This document shows positions 37,063 through 47,357 of a DNA stretch of 62,942 bases, piece after piece. The position numbers were made by a program, and so were the translations under genes. Source of the DNA: an uncultured Bacteroidota bacterium (GTDB lineage: Bacteria > Bacteroidota > Bacteroidia > Chitinophagales > Chitinophagaceae); contig CALFNL010000322.1 in assembly GCA_937902875.1 (NCBI GenBank), positions 1 to 62,942 on the forward strand, given 5' to 3'. Within the stretch, counting starts at the first letter, position 1; every line of letters starts with the position of its first letter. The notes beneath the pieces were generated by a model. It saw nothing but the letters and a program-made list of their open reading frames with translations, was not told where the DNA came from and did no database searches.

Positions 37063-37977
37063 TTATTTCAACAGCCCATCCACTGTCATGTATGATTCCC
37101 AGCCAGAATGCGGCTCAAAATAATTCCAGAGCAATTGAGACAATTTCCTGGTAAGCACCCACCCCTCATTGTCTGGCGTCCAGCTGAGGTCCTTCTGATT
37201 GTTGGTAATAATAGAGAAAATATAAGGTCCATGGGGCGCCATCACCAACATAGTTTCGCTTCTCGATTCATCCACCGCTCCATTTTTACAGGCCACGAAT
37301 ATATTTGGAGGAACCTGAGAAATCCCCGCTTCATCCCAATAATTTCGACCCAATAAGCGCAACATTCTCGCAGAAACATTCTTGTTGATTATCCCGCCCC
37401 GGTAAATCATTTCCAGCAGACTCACCATTTCATGCGGTGTGGTTTGCCCCCATCCAAATTTGTCCCTGTTCAGTTCGCGTCCGGGGGTCCTCGAATTTAC
37501 TCTGGTAATCCTGAATCCCAGGGAATCCAGGATTTCATTGATCCGCATCCCCGACCCCGCAAGGCCCTGGAGCCAAAGGCTGGCAGTATTGTCGCTCATG
37601 GTAAGCATCAGCATCAGCAGTTTACTCAGTTCTATCTTTTCTCCATCCTTGAAGGAGCCCAGGATATCAACCCCGGTATATAACAGGCTATCTTTATAAA
37701 CCATTTCCTGGTGATACTGCAATTCTCCCTTTTGCAGCTTGTCCATAATGCCTATTAATATTGGAATCTTCACCATACTTGCGGTAGGAAATGCGGAGTC
37801 GGCATTTAGGGAAAAACTCTTTCCCGTTTTCATACTCTTTACAAAAATTCCTACCTGTCCATTGAACCCTATCACCAGCTTCTCTATTTCCTTTTGCAGT
37901 TTAACACGATGCGGCGGTTGACACCAGCAGCTAAGTTGAACAATAATTGCCAGGCCGCTGATAATAAATTTCTTCAT
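37063..37977 (-). CDS. class A beta-lactamase-related serine hydrolase, secreted
   Basis: Signal peptide. S-x-x-K (TASMVKIP), S-D-N (MSDNTAS), and K-N-G (CKNGAV) in place of K-T/S-G. The omega-loop region GRELN is present. Confidence 0.7.
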   Translation of the reverse strand: MKKFIISGLAIIVQLSCWCQPPHRVKLQKEIEKLVIGFNGQVGIFVKSMKTGKSFSLNADSAFPTASMVKIPILIGIMDKLQKGELQYHQEMVYKDSLLYTGVDILGSFKDGEKIELSKLLMLMLTMSDNTASLWLQGLAGSGMRINEILDSLGFRITRVNSRTPGRELNRDKFGWGQTTPHEMVSLLEMIYRGGIINKNVSARMLRLLGRNYWDEAGISQVPPNIFVACKNGAVDESRSETMLVMAPHGPYIFSIITNNQKDLSWTPDNEGWVLTRKLSQLLWNYFEPHSGWESYMTVDGLLK

Positions 37978-38060
37978 TACTCTAATATCAGGATAATTAT
38001 CAAATCAGAGATATACTTCATTATAAGAATTCGTAAATTACCGGTTTTAACCGATCTACA

Positions 38061-39110
38061 ATGGCTGCACAGCAACCACTTTATCTTAAGAATATCTGGT
38101 ACCTCGCCATGTATGGAGGGAATCTCAAAAAGGGCAAGCTCTTGTCTAAGGAAATTCTTGGTGAAAAAATAGTGTTTGGGAGAGACAAGACTGGAAAACC
38201 ATTCGCCATGAAGGACAATTGCCCACACAGGGGAGTTCCACTGTCATATGGCTGGTTTGACGGGGATCATATTCAATGTTGTTACCACGGCTGGAAATTC
38301 GATACCGATGGAATATGCCGCGAAATCCCCGCCCTTGCCCCGGACAGCTCCATAAATGTCTGCAAAATCAGAACCCAAAGTTACCCTTGCAGGGAAATCA
38401 ATAAAACCATCTGGATCTATTTTCCCGAAAAAAAATCCGCTTTCGAGCCAAAAGTACAGCCCCCTGATCTCCTGTTGAATGCTCCTGAAAATTTCCGACA
38501 CGTTGAAACTGTAATATTACCATGCAATATAGACCATTCCGTCATCGGCCTCATTGACCCGGCACACGTAACATTTGTACACCAGTCATGGTTTTGGCGC
38601 TCATCAAAATCATTGCGCATCAAGGAAAAGAAGTTCGAGCCAACACCGATGGGCTTCAAAATGAGCCGCCATAAGCCTTCATCCAATTCAAAGGGATATA
38701 AAGTTTTGAACGGGCACACATCCACGGAAATTAATTTCGAAATTCCGGGGAATCGCATAGAGCATATCAGTGTAGGAGAAAAAAACAAGATTATTTCGAT
38801 AACCACACTTACGCCATTGAATGAAAATGAAACAGAACTCAATCAATTTTTCTATTCTTCCCTGAATATTGTCAATTTTATTTGGTGGCCCCTGAAGAAA
38901 TTAGGCAAAACATTTATCGGTCAGGATCTTGATGTTTTTAATAAATTAAAGGAGGGCCTTCAAAAAAATCCCAAATTGCTCCTCGTTGGCGATCCGGACA
39001 CGCAGGCGAGATGGTATTATGACCTGAAAAAGCAATGGCAACAGGCCCAGGAAGACAATACTCCGTTTACCAACCGTCTAAATCCCCAAATTCTACACTG
39101 GGTCACCTAG
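38061..39110 (+). CDS. Rieske [2Fe-2S] non-heme iron oxygenase (PaO-like family)
   Basis: The Rieske motif is CPHRGVPLSYG...CCYHGWKF. A mononuclear-iron region follows (DPAHVTFVHQSWFW). Confidence 0.8.
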   Translation: MAAQQPLYLKNIWYLAMYGGNLKKGKLLSKEILGEKIVFGRDKTGKPFAMKDNCPHRGVPLSYGWFDGDHIQCCYHGWKFDTDGICREIPALAPDSSINVCKIRTQSYPCREINKTIWIYFPEKKSAFEPKVQPPDLLLNAPENFRHVETVILPCNIDHSVIGLIDPAHVTFVHQSWFWRSSKSLRIKEKKFEPTPMGFKMSRHKPSSNSKGYKVLNGHTSTEINFEIPGNRIEHISVGEKNKIISITTLTPLNENETELNQFFYSSLNIVNFIWWPLKKLGKTFIGQDLDVFNKLKEGLQKNPKLLLVGDPDTQARWYYDLKKQWQQAQEDNTPFTNRLNPQILHWVT

Positions 39111-39207
39111 TAGTATTATGCATGGAAAAATGATCACCATCCGGGTGCCCTTCTCTATTCAACGTTCCAAAAAAGCTAGTGAGACTGGTTGAAAAAACCC
39201 ATTTGCT

Positions 39208-39495
39208 TCAAGAATGAAACCTGGTCAAAATACTAGCAAAACGAATGATCTTACCTGAACTGAATTCGAAAAGAGAACAATTCTTCATTTCATATTTCTT
39301 CCCCTTCATATATTCCTGTGAAGAAGCCTCATTTGCACAATCCGAGAAAAGGCTTCCCAGGCCATTAAGATCATGTCTGCTTAATTTCTCAAAAAATAGT
39401 CTTACCAAGCTTTCAGATTTTTGATTCATGCTCAATTGCTGACACAGACCCTTCAAACTCGAAAATATTAATGCGGTGGCAAATATTTTTCTCAT
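39208..39495 (-). CDS. small hypothetical secreted protein (possibly a truncated SnoaL/NTF2-like fragment)
   Basis: 95-aa ORF with a signal peptide. LVRLFFEKLSRHDLNGLGSLFSD resembles the first helix of SnoaL-like domains, but the ORF is too short for a full domain. Confidence 0.3.
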   Translation of the reverse strand: MRKIFATALIFSSLKGLCQQLSMNQKSESLVRLFFEKLSRHDLNGLGSLFSDCANEASSQEYMKGKKYEMKNCSLFEFSSGKIIRFASILTRFHS

Positions 39496-39613
39496 AATGA
39501 ACTTTTTAAGAGGGGAATTCTAAAGTATAGGTTAGATTCCAATAATTCGCCAGGCCTTTATTTTTGTGAGTTCAATAAAGAGGATGAGAGGTAGTGGCCG
39601 CTCAGACTCGTAC

Positions 39614-39642
39614 ACAAAAAAAGAAAGCCGGTCCATGCGGCT
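39614..39642 (-). terminator. weak hairpin plus T-tract after the CBS-domain gene
   Basis: On the minus strand a 5-bp stem AGCCG/CGGCT (39626-39642) is followed by TTTCTTTTTTTG. Confidence 0.35.
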
Positions 39643-39722
39643 CTCTTTATTTAAATAAATACATTATCTCCGGGGATTTGGTATTGGGACGAAGGGCAAT
39701 TAAATTTTTATAAACTATACTT

Positions 39723-40163
39723 TCAATGATGCGTACCCGAAATATAGTCCCCCATGTGCTCAAGCAAAAATTTCTGCTCATCGATAATGAATTTCACAAC
39801 ATCACTGATAGATACTACGCCAATCAGGTTTCCCTTGCGATCCATAACAGGGAGATGCCGAAATCCCTTTGCAGACATTTTTTCCATACATTCTTCAATG
39901 GTGCTATCTTCCGTTACCGAAGGGTGCGGGTCCATGATCTCACCAACCGTGGTTTCTTTTGAGGACCTGCCTTTCAGCACTACTTTCCGCGCATAGTCCC
40001 TCTCTGTAAAAGTTCCAAGATACTTATTCATCCCATCAGTAACCATCAGGCATCCGATCTTCTTATCAACCAGTATTTCAAGTCCGTCATAAACAGATAC
40101 TTCGGGACCTACCGAAAACACCTCATGGCCTTTACGTTTGAGGATATGGTAAACGGTACTCAT
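39723..40163 (-). CDS. CBS-domain pair protein
   Basis: 146 aa. Two CBS repeats (...GCLMVTDGMNKYLGTFTERD... and ...FRHLPVMDRKGNLIGVVSISDVV). Confidence 0.85.
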   Translation of the reverse strand: MSTVYHILKRKGHEVFSVGPEVSVYDGLEILVDKKIGCLMVTDGMNKYLGTFTERDYARKVVLKGRSSKETTVGEIMDPHPSVTEDSTIEECMEKMSAKGFRHLPVMDRKGNLIGVVSISDVVKFIIDEQKFLLEHMGDYISGTHH

Positions 40164-40361
40164 GGCAAGACTTTTATTGTTTTTGATTGAATGTTGATCA
40201 TATCAATTTACATTAATTTTGGTCAACTTGCAAGCCTTTGGGGGAGATAATCCCAGGTATTTTTAAGTTCCCGGGAAAATACCATTCTTGGAGACCGGTT
40301 TTTTGAATTTGCAGGGGGTTTGTAAGGTCGCCGGATGTTGTAATAGCTGCCGCGGTTCTCT

Positions 40362-40805
40362 TTAATGCCTGTTTAAATGCCAGTTTTTTGGGGTCATTTC
40401 GAACCAGATTTCGCCATTGGGCCTTATCCCCAATTCTTTCCAGGCAGATTTTCTATAAAAGAGTTCTGCCCTGGTTCCCGGCGCCGTTCCCAGCCAAAGG
40501 GGCCCGGAATAGAGATCGAAATACCAGTCCAGCATCAGTCGTTGCAGTCCTGAGCCGATTCCTTTTCCTTCAAAGCCAGGCAGCACAAATAAGGCCCAGA
40601 TATTCCTGTCAACACAGTCAATGATGCCAAAACCAAGAATCATTTTGTCTGCCTCGCAAAGCCAGCCCCTGCCACGAATCCTCAAATATTCCTCGTAATC
40701 CGTTTCCGAGATCGATTGGGGGTTTGGCAAAATATTCTCCTTCACGGCTATCCTGACCGCATGCATTTGAGCAATGTCCTGAATCTCTGCCGGGCGAAAA
40801 ATCAT
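40362..40805 (-). CDS. GNAT-family N-acetyltransferase
   Basis: The acetyl-CoA motif is LFVLPGFEGKGIGSGL (Q/R-x-x-G-x-G/A type). I prefer the ATG at 40805 over the TTG at 40844. Confidence 0.75.
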   Translation of the reverse strand: MIFRPAEIQDIAQMHAVRIAVKENILPNPQSISETDYEEYLRIRGRGWLCEADKMILGFGIIDCVDRNIWALFVLPGFEGKGIGSGLQRLMLDWYFDLYSGPLWLGTAPGTRAELFYRKSAWKELGIRPNGEIWFEMTPKNWHLNRH

Positions 40806-40927
40806 ATGGAAATTTTTTTCTGAACAGGATCCGATGGCCAACAAATTAATCTATTATCCAAAATATTATACTGCGAGCTGCCCGATACAATCCCCAATGA
40901 TTGAGTTTTTGATCAGGACTGACAGGT

Positions 40928-41707
40928 TTGGCAGATTATGCGGAACATTTTAGATTTGGGCAAAACACGCATGTGCAAACAAAATGGCTCTCCGTCATTT
41001 CGGGCTTTCTGCTACTTTTTGTAGTATATCATTTTCCCGAATTCTTTTCTGCTTTTTGGGTGGCCGCCGTCTTCAAAATTGGATTTCTTGTGCTCAGTTA
41101 CGTAGTAGCACGCACACAGGGTTTGAAAGGACTGCGGGGCTATGGACTAGGCTTGAAGAAGAATTGGTTTAAAAATCTGCTCAGGGGAATCATAACGGGC
41201 ATGCTGTTTTATTCTCTCTCGGTATTATTATCGGTCTTGTTCAAATTTGAAAGCATATCTGCCAAGCCGGAATTGACCCAATTTCTCAGCAAGGCACCCA
41301 TGATCCTGTTAATGACAGCCATTCCTTCTCTGGCAGAGGATATTCTCACAAGAGGATATCTCATGCCACATTTTATGAACCGGCTCAAGGCCCAGGAGTG
41401 GATACTGCTTTCCGCAGCCGTGTTTGTACTGAATCATATATGGCGACTCAATGATGGGGTGGCCGTAATTTCCTATCTTTTCATACTGGGAATTTCCCTG
41501 GCTTTGGTTGTTTGGATAACCAAATCCCTCTGGCTAGCCTTTGGCGTACACTGGGGTGCGAATATTTGCTTTGAATCTTCATCCCTGCTTGTAACTTCAC
41601 AAAGCTCCAACCATGATCAGGCAAATACCTGGATTCTGGCATTATCCTACTTACTCTTACTCATATTCTTCCTTCTCACCCGAAATAACTTGAAGCCGCT
41701 GAAATAA
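40928..41707 (+). CDS. CPBP-family (CAAX/Abi) intramembrane glutamic protease
   Basis: Motif 1 is SLAEDILTRGYL (E-E/D-x-x-x-R), motif 2 FVLNHIW, motif 3 FGVHWGAN. Polytopic. TTG start with uncertain N-terminus. Confidence 0.75.
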   Translation: MADYAEHFRFGQNTHVQTKWLSVISGFLLLFVVYHFPEFFSAFWVAAVFKIGFLVLSYVVARTQGLKGLRGYGLGLKKNWFKNLLRGIITGMLFYSLSVLLSVLFKFESISAKPELTQFLSKAPMILLMTAIPSLAEDILTRGYLMPHFMNRLKAQEWILLSAAVFVLNHIWRLNDGVAVISYLFILGISLALVVWITKSLWLAFGVHWGANICFESSSLLVTSQSSNHDQANTWILALSYLLLLIFFLLTRNNLKPLK

Positions 41708-41712
41708 GCTGT

Positions 41713-42282
41713 TCATTTTGCCGGATTCCCATTTTTCCTCTCCAGCGTCTTTAATCGCAGCCTATTGTATTGTTGCAATAAGTTGGGGTAGATATTAAAA
41801 ACCAGATTGTTTAAAAATAGAACCAGGGCCCAGAAAATAGATCCCATCCAGATTGAGTAGGGTATTACGAGAAAAAAGAATACAAACATTGCGAAATGGA
41901 ATCTTTCGAAAAAATAGGCTTTGCTTATATGCTTCCTGGCGTCCCGCCTATTGTTAAAAACCCTGTATCCGGGAAATCTCCTTCGGATTATCCGATTAAC
42001 CATATCTCCATCCTGTGTAAATTTCCTGATGGTCCGGATCCCAATTTTCTCGTAGAAAGCCGGCTTATTGCTCAATTGGATGGCATTGAAAAAAGAAACG
42101 GGTAGAAATAGCGATAGGAAACTTATTCCTGAAAAAGTGTATAGATAAATGGATTCTACCGTGGTACTGCAGAAATAAACAAGGGGAAAGAGGTTCACAA
42201 TCATCCAAAAGAAATTGCGCACCTGGTTGTACCATATTGCAATTCTTTTTATTTTGGCTGATTGTTTGATTGTTCTAGCCAT
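41713..42282 (-). CDS. CrtO-like membrane acyltransferase family protein (glycosyl-4,4'-diaponeurosporenoate acyltransferase-like)
   Basis: The C-terminal NIYPNLLQQYNRLRL resembles the ...IIVQRYNRPRL signature of S. aureus CrtO as I recall it, and the FFERFHFAMF E...H element is also present. Confidence 0.5.
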   Translation of the reverse strand: MARTIKQSAKIKRIAIWYNQVRNFFWMIVNLFPLVYFCSTTVESIYLYTFSGISFLSLFLPVSFFNAIQLSNKPAFYEKIGIRTIRKFTQDGDMVNRIIRRRFPGYRVFNNRRDARKHISKAYFFERFHFAMFVFFFLVIPYSIWMGSIFWALVLFLNNLVFNIYPNLLQQYNRLRLKTLERKNGNPAK

Positions 42283-42336
42283 GATATCGCTTCTTGAAGA
42301 TAGTTTATCCCTTCATTTTTTTAAACCGATCTTGCC

Positions 42337-43683
42337 ATGGAAAAAAGGACTTTTCTGAAATTATCCTCGGCCATATTGACCGGTTCAATGCTTTCGCCCC
42401 TGAGCGCCTGGCGCCAGCGGGAGAAGCTCAAGAACTGGGCTGGTAATTATGAATACGGCACAGATAGATTGTATTATGCGGAATCATTTGAACAGGTGCC
42501 TGAAATGGTAAAGCGATACAAGAAGCTAAAGGTTCTGGGCACCAGGCATTGCTTTAACGGTATTGCAGATTCAACCGACAATTTCATTTCACTGAAGAGC
42601 CTGGACAAGCTAATGGTATTGGATAGAGAAGCCCTAACCGTAACCGTTGGTGCAGGCCTGAGATACGGCCAGCTGGCAGATTGGCTTTACCGCAATGGGT
42701 TTGCTTTACATAACCTGGCTTCCCTGCCCCATATTTCCATTGCGGGAGCCTGTGTTACCGGCACACACGGATCCGGCATAAACAATGGGAACTTATCAAC
42801 CGCCGTGGAAGCCATGGAATTTGTGACCGCTTCCGGAGAAATAAAGAAATTGTCCCGTCAGCTGGATGGCGATGCATTTTCCGCCTCCGTAGTAAATCTT
42901 GGAGGAATCGGCGTTATTACGAAAATTACACTGAACGTTCAGCCAACCTATATGATGAGGCAGGACGTATTTCAAAACCTTCCTCTCGGGGCGCTGGAAA
43001 ATCATTTCGACGAAATTATGGGCAGCGGTTATAGTGTAAGCCTCTTTACAGATTGGCAAAATGACATCGTTAGCCAGGTATGGATCAAGCGTCGCCTGGA
43101 TGAAGCGGATAAGGGACTGCCCACCTCAGAATTTTGGGGAGCGAAGCCCGCTACCAGGAACCTCCATCCAATAGTAGCGCTATCCGCAGAAAACTGCACC
43201 GAGCAAATGGGCGTGCCCGGACCCTGGCATGAACGCCTGCCTCATTTCAAAATGAATTTTACACCCAGCAGCGGCAAGGAACTTCAGTCAGAATATTTTA
43301 TTCCGCGTGAAAAATCCTACCAGGCCATTTTGGCAATAAGCAAATTGCAAAAACTTGTTAGTCCTCATCTTTTAATTTCTGAGATCCGGACCATAAAGGA
43401 TGATCATTTTTGGATGAGCCCCTGCTATATGCGTCCATCCTCAACAATACATTTTACCTGGAAACAAGACTGGCCTTCTGTTAGCAAATTGCTTCCCCTG
43501 ATTGAAGAACAACTCGAGCCGTTTCATGCAAGACCACATTGGGGTAAATTGTTTACGATGAGCCCGGCCCGCCTGAAATCACTATACGTGAGGCTTCCTG
43601 AATTTCAGCAATTGCTCCGGCAATATGATGGCAATGGTAAATTCAGGAACGATTTTCTCAATAAATACCTCTATCAGGTTTAA
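42337..43683 (+). CDS. FAD-linked sugar-1,4-lactone/alditol oxidase family oxidoreductase (ALO domain)
   Basis: NWAGNYEYG start of the FAD_binding_4 domain, HGSG (GTHGSG), and the C-terminal ALO motif RPHWGKLF. The N-terminal signal is Tat-like (KRTFLKLSSAIL). Confidence 0.8.
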   Translation: MEKRTFLKLSSAILTGSMLSPLSAWRQREKLKNWAGNYEYGTDRLYYAESFEQVPEMVKRYKKLKVLGTRHCFNGIADSTDNFISLKSLDKLMVLDREALTVTVGAGLRYGQLADWLYRNGFALHNLASLPHISIAGACVTGTHGSGINNGNLSTAVEAMEFVTASGEIKKLSRQLDGDAFSASVVNLGGIGVITKITLNVQPTYMMRQDVFQNLPLGALENHFDEIMGSGYSVSLFTDWQNDIVSQVWIKRRLDEADKGLPTSEFWGAKPATRNLHPIVALSAENCTEQMGVPGPWHERLPHFKMNFTPSSGKELQSEYFIPREKSYQAILAISKLQKLVSPHLLISEIRTIKDDHFWMSPCYMRPSSTIHFTWKQDWPSVSKLLPLIEEQLEPFHARPHWGKLFTMSPARLKSLYVRLPEFQQLLRQYDGNGKFRNDFLNKYLYQV

Positions 43684-43722
43684 TACAGGCGCATGGGAGG
43701 CCGGTCGAATCATTTGCGGGGC

Positions 43723-45618
43723 CTAATCATTTTTCGATTTGAAAGAAGTGAGGATCTTTTTTCCCCGCAGCAGCACTCGGAGGCTTCTTCTTTTAAGGGA
43801 AATATCAGGATGTTTTTTTACGTGGTCATTGCTTCCATGTTTATACGCCGAAAGAATGTTTTTGTAAGATATTATCCCGATGATGCTATTGGTATCCCTT
43901 CCCGACACAACCGGAAGCACATCTACGTTTTCCTTTGCCATCACCTGCACGGCGGCCTTTAAACTTTCATCGATGGGAACTGAAATGTTTTTTCGTTTGA
44001 TGAGAGTGCCGATGCTGGTATCGGGTTTATGGTGACTGCTAAACAAATTTGAAGAGCTTAAAATTCCTTTGTATTCGCCATCGTTGTTGGCAATTACAAA
44101 ATAATTGCTTCGGTATTCCGGTTCACCAGTCAACCAGGCCCTTACTTCCGCAATGGTATTGTCTTCACTCAGCACCAGGCCATCTTTTTCAATTACCTGG
44201 TCCACTGAAATCTTTTCCAGGATATCAGGTTCGTAGGAATCCGGGGTTTTTACACCACGACGCGCAATTTTTTCGGTCATGATAGTATTTTCCATCAGGA
44301 TGAACGAAATAAAATATGACGCGGCGCAGGCTGCCAGCAATGGCAAGAGGGCATTCGATTGAGATGTGGTTTCAAGGGCGAAAATGATTGATGTCAGCAG
44401 GGCTCTCGAGGCTCCGGCAAACATCGCAGACATGCCTACCAGTGCAGCCAGCGTTAATGTAACCCCCGCGTGTGGGAACAGATAAATGGTTGCGCTACCC
44501 AGCAATGCCCCCGTGGCTCCACCTATTGTAAGCAATGGCGCCAGTGTTCCGCCTGATGTACCGCTTCCCAATGCAATGGCCCAGGAAATAAATTTCAGGA
44601 AACACAATGACAATACAATTTGCATGGCCATATTTCCAGAAAGTACATTCGTAATATTTTCATATCCTACTCCCAGGGTTCGGGGAGCAAAATATCCGAT
44701 AAAGCCAACCACGAGGCCACCAATGGCAGGCCACCACATCCAGTGAACCGGGAGCTTCTCAAAAACATCTTCAATGAAATACACAATTTTTGTAACCAAT
44801 ACTGCTAACAGTCCAATGATTATGCCCATGATGCTGTAGGCAGCCAGGGCCGTGTTGGAAGGCGTTTCAATAATGTGTTCAATCGGAAACACAGGGCCCG
44901 CGCCAAATAAAAAGTGGTGACCCGCAGCACCGGTTATGCATGCCAGTGAAACAGGTATAATAGATCTTGGTGAAAATTCAAACAATAATAATTCGATTGC
45001 CAGAAAGATGGCCGCGATGGGACTCCCGAATATGGCTGCCATGCCTGCGGTGGCGCCAGCTGCCAGCAATATTTTCCTTTCATTATGGGTGATCCTTAAT
45101 ATTTGCCCCAGTGAGGAGCCCAGGGCACCTCCCGTTGCGATGATGGGACCTTCCGCGCCAAAGGGTCCCCCGGTACCGATAGAGATGGCCGACGATATGG
45201 GCTTTAAAAATGTAATCGAAGGTTTGATCTTACTCTGATTGGTGAGGATTTGCTCCATTGCTTCCGGTATGCCATGGCCACGGATGGCTTTGGATCCATA
45301 AAATGCCATTAGCCCAACAATAATTCCCCCGATTGCCGGAACGAGTACAACAAACCAGCCCAAACTATTTTCCGCAGGGATCCTATGATTGATGGAGAAA
45401 ACACCAAAGAAAGAAATATTGGTGACCAGGTCAATGAGAAAAACTAAAAATTTCGCAATAAAACTAATTGATATTGCAACTAAAACGGCCAAAGCGGCGA
45501 TAGTCAGCAATCTCCTTTTATTCTCAAATTTTGCAGTCCGGTTGTTTTCATCATCCAAAACATGGTGCAATGAAATAGAAACAGGTATTCCGTGACTTAG
45601 CCTTTTGTTCTTTATCAT
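43723..45618 (-). CDS. ClC-family voltage-gated chloride channel/antiporter with C-terminal CBS pair
   Basis: Selectivity-filter-type motifs are GHGIPE, GGPFGAEGP and GTSGGTLAP. The C-terminal CBS repeats include ...NVDVLPVVSGRDTNSIIGIISYKNIL. Confidence 0.9.
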   Translation of the reverse strand: MIKNKRLSHGIPVSISLHHVLDDENNRTAKFENKRRLLTIAALAVLVAISISFIAKFLVFLIDLVTNISFFGVFSINHRIPAENSLGWFVVLVPAIGGIIVGLMAFYGSKAIRGHGIPEAMEQILTNQSKIKPSITFLKPISSAISIGTGGPFGAEGPIIATGGALGSSLGQILRITHNERKILLAAGATAGMAAIFGSPIAAIFLAIELLLFEFSPRSIIPVSLACITGAAGHHFLFGAGPVFPIEHIIETPSNTALAAYSIMGIIIGLLAVLVTKIVYFIEDVFEKLPVHWMWWPAIGGLVVGFIGYFAPRTLGVGYENITNVLSGNMAMQIVLSLCFLKFISWAIALGSGTSGGTLAPLLTIGGATGALLGSATIYLFPHAGVTLTLAALVGMSAMFAGASRALLTSIIFALETTSQSNALLPLLAACAASYFISFILMENTIMTEKIARRGVKTPDSYEPDILEKISVDQVIEKDGLVLSEDNTIAEVRAWLTGEPEYRSNYFVIANNDGEYKGILSSSNLFSSHHKPDTSIGTLIKRKNISVPIDESLKAAVQVMAKENVDVLPVVSGRDTNSIIGIISYKNILSAYKHGSNDHVKKHPDISLKRRSLRVLLRGKKILTSFKSKND

Positions 45619-45807
45619 ATCAAAACAGGATCAATCTTTTCAAAGCAGGTTGGGGTACATTTCCAGGTAAGATTCTCCTGAAACATGGATGGCAAGAAAG
45701 ATCGTTGGGGTGGCAAAGATAAGAACTGCCGCTTAAAAAAATTTTCAAACTACCCTCATCCGCAATATTAGCTATTTGTGGCGCCGGTATTTTAAAATCT
45801 AATCAAA

Positions 45808-46818
45808 TTATAATCCCGCTCTGGCACTGATTTCCATCATTCGCTGAATGGGTTTCAAGGCCGCTTTCCGCAAATCTTCGTCCATTAATAATTCAGGCTG
45901 TTCATATTCCATGCACAAATACAATTTTTCCAGCGTATTTAGTTTCATATGAGGGCAATCATTGCAGGCGCAACTATTGTCGGGCGGTGCCGGAATAAAA
46001 GTCTTTTCGGGCGAGTTTTTTTGCATTTGGTGCATGATGCCGGTCTCGGTGGCAACAATATATTCCTTTGCGCCATCTTTATGGCTGAAATTCAATAATT
46101 GCGTTGTGCTCCCTATAAAATCCGCAACCCTCAGTACCGCATCCTCACATTCAGGATGCGCAATGAGTTTTGCATATGGGTAACGAACCTTCAACTTATT
46201 GATCTTTTCCAAACTGAAAATCTCATGCACCATGCAGGCGCCATTCCAAAGCACCATTTTTCTACCCGTCTTCTTGTTGATATAAGCCCCAAGGTTCTTG
46301 TCTGGAGCAAAAATGATCTTCTGATCCACGGGAAAACTTTCAACCACCGCACGGGCATTGGAAGAGGTGCAGATGACATCGCTCAGTGCTTTAATGCCGG
46401 CAGAACAGTTGATATAGGAAATAACAACATGGTCAGGATATTTTTCCCTAAACTTTTTGAACAAAGGAGGAGGCGCTGAATCAGACAGGGAACATCCCGC
46501 TTTCAGGTCGGGTAACAGAACCTTTTTGTTCGGATTCAGGATCTTTGCTGTTTCGGCCATAAAATGCACGCCGGCAAAAACAATGATATCGGCATTTGTT
46601 TTTTCCGCTTGTTGCGCAAGCCCCAGACTGTCTCCGATATAATCTGCTACATCCTGGATATCGGCTTCCTGGTAATAGTGAGCCAGCACCACCGCGTTCT
46701 TCTCTTTCTTTAATCTTTCAATCTCTTTAAACAAATCCAGCGTCGGGTCAATTTCCACATCCAGATAACCCAACTTCTCCAATGCCGGCCCTGCCATCCT
46801 GATGTTAATATCTGCCAT
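45808..46818 (-). CDS. nadA: quinolinate synthase
   Basis: [31 protein letters not shown], cysteine ligands (CSL, CMVHE, CPHMK). 336 aa. Confidence 0.95.
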   Translation of the reverse strand: MADINIRMAGPALEKLGYLDVEIDPTLDLFKEIERLKKEKNAVVLAHYYQEADIQDVADYIGDSLGLAQQAEKTNADIIVFAGVHFMAETAKILNPNKKVLLPDLKAGCSLSDSAPPPLFKKFREKYPDHVVISYINCSAGIKALSDVICTSSNARAVVESFPVDQKIIFAPDKNLGAYINKKTGRKMVLWNGACMVHEIFSLEKINKLKVRYPYAKLIAHPECEDAVLRVADFIGSTTQLLNFSHKDGAKEYIVATETGIMHQMQKNSPEKTFIPAPPDNSCACNDCPHMKLNTLEKLYLCMEYEQPELLMDEDLRKAALKPIQRMMEISARAGL

Positions 46819-46928
46819 AGTATTTATAATAGTTTTAATTATTTATTTAAAAGCCCTATTACTATTAGGGATGTGAATATGGGGAAAGAAAAGTTTTTTA
46901 AATGCTAGGCAAAGTTAAATCTATTGTG

Positions 46929-46937
46929 TTATCCACA
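46929..46937 (+). promoter_or_regulatory. consensus DnaA box TTATCCACA
   Basis: Exact 9/9 match to the canonical DnaA box, read directly from the sequence. Confidence 0.55.
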
Positions 46938-47349
46938 GTAATTCCCAGAATATTCACAGGAAGCAAGCCGTTGCCAGTATTCATTTTCCACTCTTTTCAA
47001 CAATGTGGATTAAAAACCACTGAGGAAAGAATCCTGTACCTTATTTCAATAATCGGGTGTTAACAATAGGATAACAGAATGTAGCAAAAAGGATTTTTAT
47101 CACGAATGGGTGAATTATCCGGCTTTCCGAAAATTCATTTGCTCTATCTCGTCACCAAAAACAAAAAGAGAAATTGAGGTTTATCAACCGGATTCTATTC
47201 ATTTCCACAATACCATGTGAATTGCCCGAAACAAAGAACTTAAAATTGAATACAGAAATTAAAAATCCCTAATTGTGCACGCCAAAAAAAGCCTGCTGGA
47301 GCGAATTTGATATGCTTTTCCACAATTTGTTGATAAACAGATATTACCC

Positions 47350-47357
47350 TATTTTTG
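47350..47357 (+). promoter_or_regulatory. -7 promoter motif TAnnTTTG for the PpiD-like gene
   Basis: TATTTTTG, 31 nt upstream of the ATG at 47388. It overlaps the TTG at 47355 used as start by the track, which argues for the ATG at 47388. Confidence 0.45.

Noticed and set aside
45619-45807. Possible fluoride riboswitch upstream of the ClC gene.
   Set aside because: The reverse-strand leader lacks the conserved crcB-motif elements, and the protein has C-terminal CBS domains typical of canonical ClC rather than CLC-F exporters.
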